This document shows positions 37,376-49,179 of a stretch of 64,000 bases of DNA, one piece after another. The notes under the pieces are model-generated. The model saw only the letters and a list, made by a program, of their open reading frames with translations. It did not search any database and was not told the DNA's origin. Location of the stretch: positions 5,208,001-5,272,000 of the forward strand of contig NC_045696.1 in assembly GCF_009834535.1 (NCBI RefSeq). The letters are read 5' to 3'. Position numbers and translations under genes: made by a program. Origin of the DNA: Camelus ferus. Its lineage: Eukaryota. Position 1 is the stretch's first letter. Each line of letters opens with the position of its first letter.

Positions 37376-37539
37376 CTGTGGCTCTCAGCTCTGGCAGCAC
37401 ATTTGAATCATATGAAAAGCACCAATGCAAAAGCACTGAAGTCCAGGCCCCATAACTGGTCTAGGGTGGAACCTGAACCAGGGTGCTTTTCCGAAGCTCT
37501 GTGGGTGCGTTTAGTCTGAGCCAGAGCCGAGAACGCCAG
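37376..37539. mobile_element. MER5-family DNA transposon (older copy)
   Basis: gtggctctcagctctggcagcacatttgaatc...ggtctagggtggaacc...gagaac. Confidence 0.55.
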
Positions 37540-37728
37540 CAACAAGACTGAATCCAGGGGCAGCATAACGAGCGCGTGAGTGAATGTGGGAGTTGGAAGA
37601 GGTCTGGCTAGCCCCTTGTGCTCCAAGCCACAGAATAAACAAAATTACACTTTCATTTTGAGCTTAAAAAGAATAAAAGACCATATTTCTATGGCCTAGC
37701 TACAGCTGGACTACAAAATGTAATTTCA

Positions 37729-38046
37729 AAAAAAAAAAAAAAAACTGTGGTTACCAGGGAGGAAGTGGGGGGGAAGAATAGGAGTTTGGGATTAATAAAT
37801 ATACATGACTGTATACAAAACAGGTAAAGAACAAAGACCCACTGTACAGCCCAGGGAAGTATATTCAATTCCTTGTAATGAGCTGTAATGGAAAAGAATC
37901 TGAAAGTGTATTTATATGTGTGTATGTGTGTAACTGAATCGCTTGTAAATCGACTACACCTCTATAAAAAATAATAATTAAAAAAATACCATAATGCACT
38001 TACTAAGTACTAAAAATAATCTACCAATTTAGAAAATAGAACATAC
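37729..38046 (+). mobile_element. 5'-truncated L1 3'UTR plus ~60 bp extra 3' sequence, 12-bp TSD
   Basis: gtggttaccaggg...ggagtttgggatt...aactgaatcgct; TSD aatgtaatttca at 37717-37728 and 38047-38058. Confidence 0.8.
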
Positions 38047-38344
38047 AATGTAATTTCAGGGTAATTTGGGAACCAGAAGAATATGAACAGTTTAGGTATG
38101 AAACAGGCCCCAAATCAAGACAGAGTAAGGTATGGATTTCATGTGGAAGACGGGTAGGCACCCTGAGTCTTTAGTTGAGGTAGAAGGCTGTATTCTACAC
38201 TTAATGGCTTGCACTCACTAAGGAAGTACAGCAGGCTGATAGCATGCTCCCCTCTGCCATGTGTCTCCAGCCATCACAGCAGTATTTTGAATACCATCTT
38301 TGTCCGCCTACATAAAACCAAAGAGTTATTTCCTTCAGGTGTTC

Positions 38345-38490
38345 CTTATATGGAGCCTGAGCATTTAAAACCAGAAAGCTGGTGATGAAGATTTGGGAGC
38401 CAACTGATGGAAGCTATGGGCATAAACAAGATTATCTTGGAGAGAAGAAGTGAATGCTGAGTGTAGAGCCTGAAGCACGATTCTTCCATT
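38345..38490 (-). mobile_element. L2 LINE fragment
   Basis: ggagcctgag...gctggtgatgaagatttgggagcc...gattatcttggagag. Confidence 0.4.
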
Positions 38491-38491
38491 T

Positions 38492-38900
38492 GTGCTGGTG
38501 GTGGAGGTGGGAATGATAGTGGTGGAGGTGGTGCTGATGGTGGTGGTGGTGGTATTGATGGTGGTGACAGTGGTGGTGATGATGGCAGTGGTGAAGGTGA
38601 TGATGAGAGTGGTTGTGNNNNNNNNNNNNNNNNNNNNNNNNNNNNNNNNNNNNNNNNNNNNNNNNNNNNNNNNNNNNNNNNNNNNNNNNNNNNNNNNNNN
38701 NNNNNNNNNNNNNNNNNNNNNNNNNNNNNNNNNNNNNNNNNNNNNNNNNNNNNNNNNNNNNNNNNNNNNNNNNNNNNNNNNNNNNNNNNNNNNNNNNNNN
38801 NNNNNNNNNNNNNNNNNNNNNNNNNNNNNNNGTGGTGTTGATGGTGATAGCAGTATTGGTGGTGGTGGTGATGATGGTAAAGGTGGTAGTGGTAGCAGTT
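38492..38900. repeat. Degenerate (TGG/TGA)n trinucleotide array spanning an assembly gap
   Basis: ggtggtggtggtattgatggtggtgac... on both sides of the N run. Confidence 0.9.
38618..38831. other. Assembly gap (214 N)
   Basis: Directly visible. Confidence 1.
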
Positions 38901-38919
38901 GACGTGGTAAGAATGCAGC

Positions 38920-39110
38920 TGTGCAGGGTCACCTTCCACCCATCCATGGTATTTGCTCCTCTTTTCTGGCAGATGGCTCCTGCCCATTTCATTGTTAGGG
39001 ATTCAGTCACCTGGCCACATCTAATTGTGAGGAAGGCTGAGAAGTGTAGACTGGCTGTGTTCCCAAAACAAGGAGAAGACAGGCAGGTGAACTGCTAGCT
39101 ATCTCTGCCA
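38920..39110 (-). mobile_element. Old MaLR LTR end, MLT1J/K-like
   Basis: cagtcacctggccacatctaattgtgaggaaggctgagaagtgtag...ctagctatctctgccac. Confidence 0.55.
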
Positions 39111-39825
39111 CGGTGGCCATCTGGCATCTGGCCTGGCTTTAACCTGCCTCTTCACGCATCAACTCCACCACACAACTCTAAGCTCCCTACACGTCTCCCA
39201 AATTGGAATAGCTGCTGGGATCCCCGAAAGTGTTTCCTCGCCCCTGTGGCTGCCGCTCTTGGAATGTGCCTTTCCCTATCTCCACACATTCAGTTTCTGT
39301 GCTTTCTTCAAGACCTGTACTTCTCCATGCAAGACTCTCTGGGTTGAAATGTATCTCATCCCCTTCCCATTCCCTGTCTCTCTGTCTGTCTGCCAGAGAA
39401 CATGCCACTTTTACCTTACTTGTGGGCATATCCATCACCACCATTAAAAATCAAGCTCCTTGCAGACAGATGGTCATGTCTTAACATTGTGCTTAATCAA
39501 AGCAGACCTGAAAGGATGGGGTGTACCTAATTACGCCGTTCTCTCTGTGTCCCCGTAGAATCGATGCAATGCCTCCTATAAGCAGGGTACAAAGTAAACT
39601 GATGTCAACAGGTGCCCTCAGGTGTCCCTGCCCCCATCCATGGACTGATCACAGGACTCCAGCTCCAAGACGAAATCTTCTGCATCTGCAGAAACTGGGA
39701 GCGAATCTGCCAGACCTTTTAGCAGACATATCCCCTAACTAAGCACTTGCCAAGGGCATGGTGAGAAACAGTTTTCCCTCACCTCAAAATCCAGCTAGAG
39801 GGAAATTATTTTCTTTCCTATTATT

Positions 39826-39922
39826 TCTTCTTTCCTTTTTTCTCTTCCCTTCCTGCCTCTCTTCCTTTTTCTTTCTTTTCTCTTTTTTTTTTTTTTTTTT
39901 TTGATTCTTTTCTTCCTTCTTC
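39826..39922 (+). repeat. Polypyrimidine low-complexity tract with poly(T)
   Basis: Directly visible. Confidence 0.85.
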
Positions 39923-40719
39923 TTACCCATCCTCCATCTTCACTCTTCTCCTGGACTTTAATTCTTTGATAAAATATATCTTTGTCTCTCTATGTACAAG
40001 ACAATCTGGATCAATAATCATAATGAGGTACGTTACACAGCGTGTTTGCCCCTCTTTGGACTTCTGCAAGCCAGTAGCAAATTTTCCAGAATGGAAGGGG
40101 CAGCAGGGAGAGGGTAACCCTGCTCCTTTTCTCCCCACTGGCCATGAATCCAAGGTGTTCTTGCTTACCAAGGTGCTGTGGTGTTCCATTCAGACAAGGT
40201 AGTTTGGATCCACTTCAAACAAGCTGCCAGTTGATGTTTTGTAGCTTGATGTGGATTGTGCTAGCACTGCCGAAATGCAGTTCTCTGAGCAGCCAAGATA
40301 GAAATAAATCCTCTCACTCAAAAGTCAGTCACTGTGCTTGGGGCATGCTCATCGGGCTACCCTGGCCAGCTTCTGCTCTTGGCAGATGAACTTGTCCACA
40401 TGTACTTCAGTAAACTTGGGGAATCTGCACCATCATCCTTGTTGATTGGTGTCACCCAGTTACTGACATAGACGGTGAGAACTTCAGCTGTCTCATCATG
40501 GTCCATTGAGGTGTCCTTGAACAAGTCACAGCCGGGAGAAGAAAGATAAGGCATTTCCCAGAGGGAAGGAAAGAGCATTTTACCCCGTGAGCACTTCACC
40601 CCAGCCAGGTCAGTGCCCAGTGCTGAGCAAAGACAGGTCTGAGTCCAGACTTGGGGACGTGTGGGGAAGGGGAAAATTGTGCCCCACAGAGACCAATAGC
40701 CTATAGTCAGTGCAGTTTG

Positions 40720-40960
40720 AGACCAAGTCACACAGGAGCTAAACACAGGCCCTGAAAACAGAGGTCCCACCATTTACAAATGACATGGGAAGTTCTTCGG
40801 AGGACTCTGTGCTTCTGTTTACTTAGCTGAAACTTGGATAACCAAGAGTATCTATCTCTCAAGTTTCTTGTGAGGATAAAAATGATTGAAATGAGATCAT
40901 CCTGGTGAAGTCGTTAGCAGGGCACCTGGCAAAGAGTGAGTGCTCCCTGAGTGTCAGCAG
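40720..40960 (+). mobile_element. MIR SINE
   Basis: ttgtgaggataaaa...aatgagatcatcc...gttagcagggcacctggcaaagagtgagtgctc. Confidence 0.55.
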
Positions 40961-40964
40961 ATGT

Positions 40965-41840
40965 TGGGGACTAGCCAGATGCCCACCACCTCCATTTCCT
41001 GCCTCTGGGCAAGCAGGAAGCCTATGTTCCCCGGGCTCCCTTGCCATTAGGGCTGTGCTGTGTGAGTAGCTCTGGCCAGTGGAATGTGGGTGGACTCGTG
41101 TGCCACTTCTAGACTTGAAAATAAAACAAACCATGTGAGTCAAATGGTGGCTTCCAAAAAGATATATCCGAGTCCTAACGCCCCTAACCTGTGAAAGTGA
41201 CCTTTTCTGGGCAAAGGGGTCTTTGCAGATGTAATTAAGTCAAAGAACTTGAGATGAGATACTCTGAAGTTTAGGGCAGACCCTAAATCGAATGACAGAT
41301 ATCATTATAAGAGGAGAGAGAGAGAGAAGCACACAGATACACAGAGAAGAGGTCCAAGTGAAGACGGAGGCAGAGACTGGAGTTATATGTCTACAAGCCA
41401 AGGAAACTCAGGAATTGCCAGAAGCAGAAGACACTAGGACAGAGGCCAGGAACGGATTCTCCCTCAGTGTCTCCAGAAGAAACCAACACCACCAACACCT
41501 TGATCTTGGACTCTGGCCTCCAGAGCTGTGGGACCACAAGTTTCTGCTGTTTTAAGGCCCCAGTTTATATCCATTTGTTATGGAAGCCCCTGGAAAGTAA
41601 CACAGCAGGTAATCACTCCAGCTCTTTCTCCCAAAAGTGAATGGCCCAAAGGGTGCAGAGCTCCCCAAGAGAGGGAGCCTGCATCCCTGAGTCACTGCCT
41701 GGATGGGGAGCTGCCTGGGAGAGCTGTCTGGTGCTCGTCAGACTGTAGAGAAGTGAGAAACACACGTCTTGTGTATCCAGCCATTGAGATGTGGGGTTGT
41801 TTGTCACAGCAGCTAGCATTAATTACTCTGAGTAATGGAA
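40965..41840 (+). mobile_element. Old MaLR LTR (MLT1J/K-like) split by a younger MLT1
   Basis: 5' half (cccttgccattaggg...ctctggccagtggaatgtggg) 40965-41133; 3' half (ggagcctgcatccctgagtcac...gagatgtggggttgtttgtcacagcagc) 41605-41840. Confidence 0.6.
41134..41604 (+). mobile_element. MaLR LTR, MLT1C-like
   Basis: gtctttgcagatgtaattaag...gtgaagacggaggcagagactggag...ccaacaccttgatcttggactctggcctccagagctgtg...ggaaagtaacaca. Confidence 0.85.
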
Positions 41841-43099
41841 CTATTATTATAAAGGGATGGAACGTAGGAATCCAGGTGAGTCAGAACAGAAGAGCAACCT
41901 GAGAGCAGGGAAGGTGAAAAGAAGAGGAGATACACAGTTCTGCTTCCTTGTCCTCAACGCGGCGTCAAGTTCTGTGTCTTTCTCATCCAGACCATACACA
42001 AGACCCGGCTAGTCCCGCCTTATCCCTAAAGCCTACCGGTGCTACCGCTGACTCAAGAGATGAAGTCAGCCCACTTATTACAGAACACAGCTGTCAAGTC
42101 CGACGGGATGTCCGAGGGAGACCTCATATGGAGAAGGAACGTGGTCTCAGGTCAGAGCAAACCAAATCAGGCACACCCAGGACTGCTCCAGCGCAGGCGA
42201 GGCATCCAGGTTAAAGCAAGACAAAGATGATCTAATCTGTCTAGAAGATAACTTATCTTGTTCAATTGCCTGTTAAGAAAACTGGGAAATCATAGCCAGG
42301 GGCTTAGAAACTATAGGAAAAGAGGAGGGGCCACAGTGTAATCAGTCTCAACCCAAACTGAACTGGTTTTAACTGGAGAATCTTCTCATGGTCCTAGAAC
42401 AGCGGAGGTATGGGGAGACAGGCCACAGCCTCAGTCCCCTCTGTAGCCAGGACCGCCAGCAGCTTCTGTCCATCTGAGAAGTATTGTCACAAGGTGTTGA
42501 GGAAGTTATCCCTCAGGCAGAGTCCTGAGCTGACTAGACTGGACCAAGCACAAGGGAGCGAGGACCATTTTGAGAATTATCTGGAGGGTAAGGGGGCCGA
42601 GGGAGCCTCAACAGAGAGCAAGGAAGCAGACATCTGGAAGGAGCAGGGAGCTTGGGCGGCAGAGAGCATCACTGAGGGGAGGGAGGGGTGCACGTGTGCA
42701 GAGACCAGCACCCAGTTTAATCCCAGATGGCGCAAAGTCATAACAAATCATTAAAGAAGGCATTGCCCCTGAAACAACCTGAAATTCATGGTCTCCGACC
42801 TGAAAAAGCAGAGGGACGTCTGCAGTGCAATGCCCAAGGAGCAGAGGGAGGGGTCCGTGGCTGAAGTTCCGGCGGAGTGGATGAGGCTGCTCCGGAAACA
42901 TGTGGTCTCGTTATGGGCATCGTCACTTAATTCGTGGATGTCCTTCCACCTCTTCCCCACTAAGTCTCCAGTTCTAGAAGCTTCCGGCTTCCCAGCACGC
43001 CCACTGGGACCTCTCCAGTTCTCAAGGACACACTCGCTATCTCATAAGCAAGAGCTCCACTGAGACACAGCTTGCATTGCCCTGCCAGCATCCTACTCA

Positions 43100-43225
43100 C
43101 CTTCTCACACTAAGGAAGTAAGCACGCCCTCGTCTCCCACTGGAGAAAACCTCCCGGGAAAAACAGAGGCCAGGTCTCTCTCATTTTGTATCCAAGACGT
43201 AGCCAGAGCCCCACACACAGCAGAT
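43100..43225 (+). mobile_element. L2 LINE 3' fragment
   Basis: gtctcccactggag...gaggccaggtctctctcattttgtatcc. Confidence 0.4.
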
Positions 43226-43476
43226 TGGTTCCACCATCTCACTCCACCTACCTTCATCAAGACAGGAAAGTGTTCCCTTCAAAGACGGGAAGAAAAAAAA
43301 CTCTTCATGGATAAAAACTAAGTCAGTTCTTCCCATTTTTAAGTCTTAAGAAGCTGATTTCTTAATAAAAGGAGGTTGTAAAAACTGTGATATAAACAAA
43401 ACGCATCATCCATATGTCCAGAATTCTTGGAACCTGGAGTTTTGGCTAAAAATGCCCACACATCCCCCTTGCCATA

Positions 43477-43940
43477 TGTCTTGGGTTGGATTACCCGAGA
43501 AGCCAACTTTGAGACAAGGATTTGAATGTGAGTGGTTTATCTGGGAGGCTCTCTGAGGGAGCATGGGGAGGGCGGTGGGGGCAGGGGGCAGGAAGGCAGC
43601 AAAGCCAAGGACAGAGCATGTGGTCCAGCAGGCGGCTCTGTGCTGTCTGGGGCCCACCCCACCACACACTAGGATCTCTGGAGGGCAGGATGGAGCAGCC
43701 TTGGAGTGATCCCACCTGGGGAGCAAGGGAGCCAGGATGGTTATCCTCCAACCCCATCAGGCATTGGCCAGGAAACTGCCCTGGCCAGCAGGGATGCCCC
43801 ATCACCCTCAGGCCCTGCTTGCAGGCTGGGAGGTGCCCCTGAGGGGCACAGGTGCTTGTGGGAGGAGGCCATCGGTATTAACTGGAGTGACCAGTGCTGG
43901 GGAGATGTGAGCGGGTGTGTAAAGTGTCTGCCTCACCACA
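43477..43940 (-). mobile_element. ERVL LTR, LTR16/LTR33-family-like
   Basis: tgtcttgggttgg...gagacaaggatttgaatgtgagtggtttatctgggagg...gatcccacctgggg...gtctgcctcaccaca. Confidence 0.7.
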
Positions 43941-45590
43941 TCAGCCACACCTCCCAGGCCACACGCGCCAAGAGAGGTCGGGGGAAGCCAGCCGTCTGGG
44001 GAACTGGGGCCACATACACGCCCGTCTCCATAGGCCATGAAAGATGACCCGTGTGGCAGAGGCTGCTTGACATCCCCCCCCCCAGAGATGTCCATTCTCG
44101 TCTCCTCTTCCTGGAGCTGGACAGGTGAATGCCGTGGTGGTCCATCCTAGACCAGACGGGAAAGGGCGGGACCTAAAGGGGGTAGAACAAGGAGACGGAA
44201 GGAATGTGTTTCTCTATCAGGAGCTGCCCTCCCAGCCTGCCAGCCCTGGGACGCTTCATGTAGACAGTCACAGGTGCCACTACCTCCTGCTGGAGCCACT
44301 TTGATTCCGGGTGTTTTAAAGCAGCTGAAGTTAAATCCTGATGGCCACACCCCCGCCTCTCCGCTCTTCTGAGATTTGGACGTAAATCGTGGTGGAGCGG
44401 CCTGCTATTTATTTACTCCTGATCTTTCTTCCACTTCCATTCCCAGGGAATTTCAGCAAAAGGTTGTGCAACCCGGCCAGCTGGGGGCCTCTGGAGGCCA
44501 GGCTGGCCAAGAGCACAGCCTCGTGTCTCCGATGGCAGGTCAGGATGGTGGCATCAGCCCGTGTTTGTGGATTAAGCTCCATCAGAAGACACGCTGGCCC
44601 TGAAAGACTCTCAGCGGGGTCTGGGCCATGCGGCCGTGGACCAGCTCCTCCATTTCTCTGAGCCTTGCTTTATTAGTTTATGAAATGCCGGAGCGGATGA
44701 GACCCCTACGGCAGCTCGCAGCACTGAACGCTCTTTGATTTATAAACAGGAAGGCCCGTAAGGGAGCTGTTGATGGGGGTGAGAGAGCCAAGTAAGGGGG
44801 TGCTGGACTGAGCGCAGGGCAGTTCATTTAGACCCAGACAGTCACAAAAGCCCCTCCACAAACAGCTCCATGGAGCCCCGCCACCATCACACACCCACCC
44901 TGGAGGCTTTCAAGTTAACAAAGGACCCAATTCCTGGTTTCCCACCGCGTTCACCGCCACCAGGAAGGCGCAGCGGGAGGCTGCTGATGCTGGAGGAGCA
45001 TTCCCACCTCCCGCCCTGCTCCCTCTCGCCCGTGGCTCCTCAGCAGCACAGCCGTTCCAGCTGTGTTCCTGTGCTTTGGCTCTGGGCCCTGGTGCTGCAG
45101 AGGCTGCTGCCTGGCTGGGCTGCAGACAGATGGCACGCCAAAGAGCCTCAGTGACATCTGAGCCAGGAGAAGGTCTGCGGTGACAGCGGGGCTGCCCCGG
45201 GCCAGCCTCTGGGTCTGGGCCCCTCTGCGGGCCGAGTTCCAGCTGCAGCTGCCCTGAGGCTGCGGGCCCAGCTCAGCGTCAGTGCTGCCCACCTGGGGAG
45301 GGTCTTCCCAGTGCTCCCATCCCAGAGGCCCCGCTGGTGGCACAGTGACCTGCCAGTCATCTCAGCAGCCTCACCACTGGCTCATGGTTTGGGACCTCAA
45401 CAGACTTCTACTCGACCGTCTTATGGGTCTGCACTGTCCTTACGGAGGGGGAAAATCTCTGGTCTCCACACCCCCCGCCAAGGGCCTCTCCCTTAGCCAG
45501 GGCGATAGTAATGACCACATGCATAGCAGTTAAGTTACAAGACCACACGCAGGGCTAAGACACAGAGACAGGACACAGAAAATACCGGTG

Positions 45591-46051
45591 TGTGAGTCTC
45601 CTGTTGCTGCCATAACAAATTACCACAAATCTAGTACCTTCAAGCAACACAAATTTACTCTCACAGTTGTGGAGGCCAGGAGTCCAACATGAGTTTTATG
45701 GGTGGAAGATCGAGGTCTGGGCAGGGCTGAGTTCCTTCTGGATGCTCTGGGGGACGAGCTCTTCCCTCACCTTCCCCAGCTTCCCGAGGCCGCCTGCGCT
45801 CCTGGGCTCACCACCGCTTCCTTTACCTTCAGAGGGCACCGCTCCAGCTTCTACTCCCTCGTCATATCTTGCTCTGATGGGATCCTCCTGTCTCCTTCTG
45901 ATAAGGACCCCAGTGATGACACTGGGCCACCCGGACAACCGGGACACTCTCCCCACCTCAAGGTCCTTCACGTAAGCACGTCTGCAAGGTCCCTTTTGCC
46001 ATATTTATATTTTCTGGGAATCTTCGGGGGTCATCGTTTTGTCCACCACCA
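45591..46051 (-). mobile_element. MaLR LTR, MLT1D-like
   Basis: ttgctgccataacaaattaccacaaatctagt...ggaggccaggagtcc...ataaggaccccagtgatgacactgggcc. Confidence 0.85.
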
Positions 46052-46199
46052 CTGTCGGAAATCAGAGGCAAAAGGATTTCCTAAGGTCTTGGATGGATGG
46101 AAAGCATCATGGGGGTCACTGAAGATTGTGGGCCCCTAATGGCAGCCTATGTGGACAAGAAATTGGTTTTCAGTGCCGTGTACTGGCTGATACAGGTGT

Positions 46200-46420
46200 C
46201 AAAGACTGCAGGCTCTCCAGTCAGAGCCAAGTGAGAAATCCCACTTCGCCCCTCACTAACTGCATGACCCTAAGCATTTCCTGGTCCTCCCTGAGCCTTA
46301 GTTTTCTCATCTGTAAAGTGGGGATAAAACACCTACTACATAAGATGATTACGATTAAATGAGATCACACATATCAGGTGCCCAGTGGTTTGTTTCAGCC
46401 TGACACAGAAGGGACTCCGT
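46200..46420 (+). mobile_element. MIR SINE, near full length
   Basis: ggctctccagtcaga...ctgagccttagttttctcatctgtaaagtggggataa...attaaatgagat. Confidence 0.8.
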
Positions 46421-47029
46421 TCCCTCCCTCCCACCCTGGCGGCTCTATTATACCCACTTTTGAGATTGGGATTGAAGCCAGAAGAAGTTATGGTTCTTTC
46501 CCAGGACAGCACTGGTGGTAGAGACTGAGTCAGGGCCAAAGTCTGGCTCTGCTGACCACAGGTGCAGGGTAGTCTGCTCCCCGGGAAGGGTGGGTGGAGA
46601 GGAGGGGCTACATTCCACCTGGAAGGGATGACAAAAACATATGCTGAGCAGGATCCTGGACTGGCAGTGTTCAGAAACCTGCTGTCTTTGCAGCCACTAC
46701 AGGCTTGGGGATCTGTTTGCTTTTTTTTTAGGAGGAAAGTGGCCTAGAATGTACATGTCTAAGTGCCCATCTGTCCGTCTGTCTTGATCCCATTTTATAT
46801 CTGTCTATCCATCGTAAACTCAGATGACAAGAAAATCCTCAACAGCGCTGCCTTTCTAAGACCCTCTTAAGAAAGTAAAATGAAGAGTACAGGCTGACGT
46901 TGAACTCTGACCAAGCAGGGTCATTCTTGGCTGTTACTGAACGAAACATGGGGCTCCTCTATGTCTCTCACATATGGGTCTTCAGGCCCTCAGATACGAT
47001 TCCTGCAGGCTGCTCGCAGCAAACGTGGG

Positions 47030-47200
47030 CACGGGTTTATTCACGCACTCTCTTGGCAAGTATTTACCGAGCAACTAACCTGCCGGCAAACGGACGTCCC
47101 TGACCTGGTGGAGCTGAGAGGAGGTGATGAGCACGGATCGAAGAATCACATAAATGCCTGTGAAATTGAAGATTGAATAAGAGCCTTCAAGAACAGGCCC
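47030..47200 (-). mobile_element. L2 LINE 3' end
   Basis: ttattcacgcactc...caagtatttaccgagcaacta...gtccctgacctggtggagct. Confidence 0.55.
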
Positions 47201-47519
47201 TCATGTGTGGGATGGGGTGCGAGGGGAGGGGCTGTGGCAGAAGTGCAGTGTCTTTCCTCTCCCCCCCGAACACACGGCTAGGCTGATCTCCTGCTGCACG
47301 TGGCCACGTGTCTGCGTTCAGACCAGGGGAGCTGCTCTGCGTCCCTTCTAAGCCTGGCTCACTGCAGACCTTTGATGCCATCTCCCACTTGGAGAATGGC
47401 CGCGACTCGGAACACCTGCTTCAGGCTCTGCACTGGTGGGAAATAAGCTTCTATCGGGCGCAGCCTCCAGGATTCGGGGGCTGATCGTTCCCAGCTGTAC
47501 GTTTTATCTCAGCTGTTCC

Positions 47520-47760
47520 AGAAGGTCACACATCAGCTCAGTGCAGGTCCTCACAGGACACATCGAGGTGATTGGCTTTATCCAAAGAGCTCAGTGAAGC
47601 TGGTGCAAGGTTTTAAGCGTGGGGGCAAGAAGGCAAGAAAAGGCGACATGATCAGATGCACATTTTTAAAAGACTACTCTGGCTGCCACAGGGGAACATC
47701 CTAGAAAGAGGGCCGTGGGTGCAAAGTGGAGGAATCACAGGAACGACAAAGTGATTCCAG
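47520..47760 (-). mobile_element. L2 LINE fragment
   Basis: ggttttaagc...gacatgatcagatgcacatttttaaaagactactctggctgcc. Confidence 0.6.
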
Positions 47761-48800
47761 TGTGGAGTGGCATGTCTCTCTCCCAGTTATCCGCTTTCTC
47801 TAGCCCTTTGGACCAGTGGGTAATTAGAGAGTGGGGCACAAGCTCTCCTGTCTCAAGCTGGACATGCTCCATCTGTGGCTTCCGCACCACTGTGGATGGT
47901 TAGAGGACTGGATGCGGGTGGCCATGTCTGCACCAGAGGGAAATGTGCAATCAGGGTGATGCTTTCGGCATCAGAAAGGTTCACTTAAGAACACGGCACG
48001 GAAGACTCCCCCAGTCTAAGTGAACACTGTGATTTTACCTGCGTCAACTTGTCTCTGTGCAGGAATCCATCTCACAAGTCAAAGACAGGGTTGGGAAAAG
48101 ACAATTGTCTCACTGGAGCTTGGCAGTTCATCTCACAGGTGGGCTAGGAAATGATTCTTTAGTTGAGGGGCTGTAAGAAAAACCCCTACCCAAAACCCAG
48201 AAAGCACTAACGGAGAAGCACTTCTCCATCCACCCATCCTTTGTGAGTGGCCGTCGTTATAGTGATGGCATTTTTCTAAACTCTCAGGGGCAGCAACCCC
48301 GCAGCACCAGCACATAGAAATAGCGAGACCAGCAGCACTGGGGCTGAAAATCTCCATATTCAGATCAGCTTTACAGGGCGAGGAGCAGAGAGAGGACGCC
48401 TTCAGGGGTTGTACTTTTAACAATCCTCTGGTTGTTTTATCCATAGAGCCTGATGGGGTCCTGCCCTAATCCATCCTTATCCCTGCCCTGCAGACCCCTG
48501 ACTCCCGGGGAGGTCACATAAAGCGCAGCAGTATCATTCTTATTCAATTAAGTATCTGTTAGCAAAAGAAAAACTGTTTCAAAAAGGGCCGCGTGGCAGT
48601 GAGCAGAGTCCGCCGTCACAGCTGTAAGAAAAGCAGAGCCAATATCAGAGCAGCGACTCAGAGGAAACAGTGGCAGTGAAAACACATCAGCAGTAAGTCA
48701 GCAGGGCTGTGGGTCAAGTCCAGGGGGTTGCTCAGTCCGAGCACATTATAGTGAATGTCATCCAGGAGAACTGGCGAGCCCTGCTCCCAAGAAGGTGGAC

Positions 48801-49179
48801 GTAGTGGATGGAGTGTTTGTGTCCTCCCCCCAGATTCACAGGGTTAAGCCCTAATTCCCGGCATGGTGGTGTTAGGAGATGGGTGCCTGTGGGAGGTAGC
48901 TGGGTTTACAGGAGGCCGTGCGAGTGGCCCCCATGATGAGATCAGTGGTCTTATAAGAAGAGACACCAAAGCTCTCTCCCTCTCTCACCGCCCTGTGAGG
49001 ACACAGCGAGAAGGAGGCTGTCTGCAAACCAGGAAGAGAGCCCTGACTGTGGAATCAAATCTGCTGGCACCTGGATCTCGGACTTCCAGCCCCAAAAACT
49101 ATGAGAAATAAATATCGATTGGGTAAGCCCCCCAGTTTATGGCATTTTGTTAGAGCGGTGGAAGCTGAGAAACTGGACA
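48801..49179 (+). mobile_element. MaLR LTR, MLT1A-like
   Basis: atgatgagatcagtggtcttataagaagagacacc...gtgaggacacagcgagaagg...actatgagaaataaat...ggcattttgtta. Confidence 0.85.

Noticed and set aside
38346-39098. His-, Pro- and Val-rich ORFs of 136-213 aa
   Set aside because: Translations of a (TGG)n-like repeat read through an N gap
40357-40773. 138-aa minus-strand ORF with a somewhat protein-like middle
   Set aside because: No family recognised, no convincing splice pair, starts within or near a MIR; a tBLASTn hit with conserved frame would be needed
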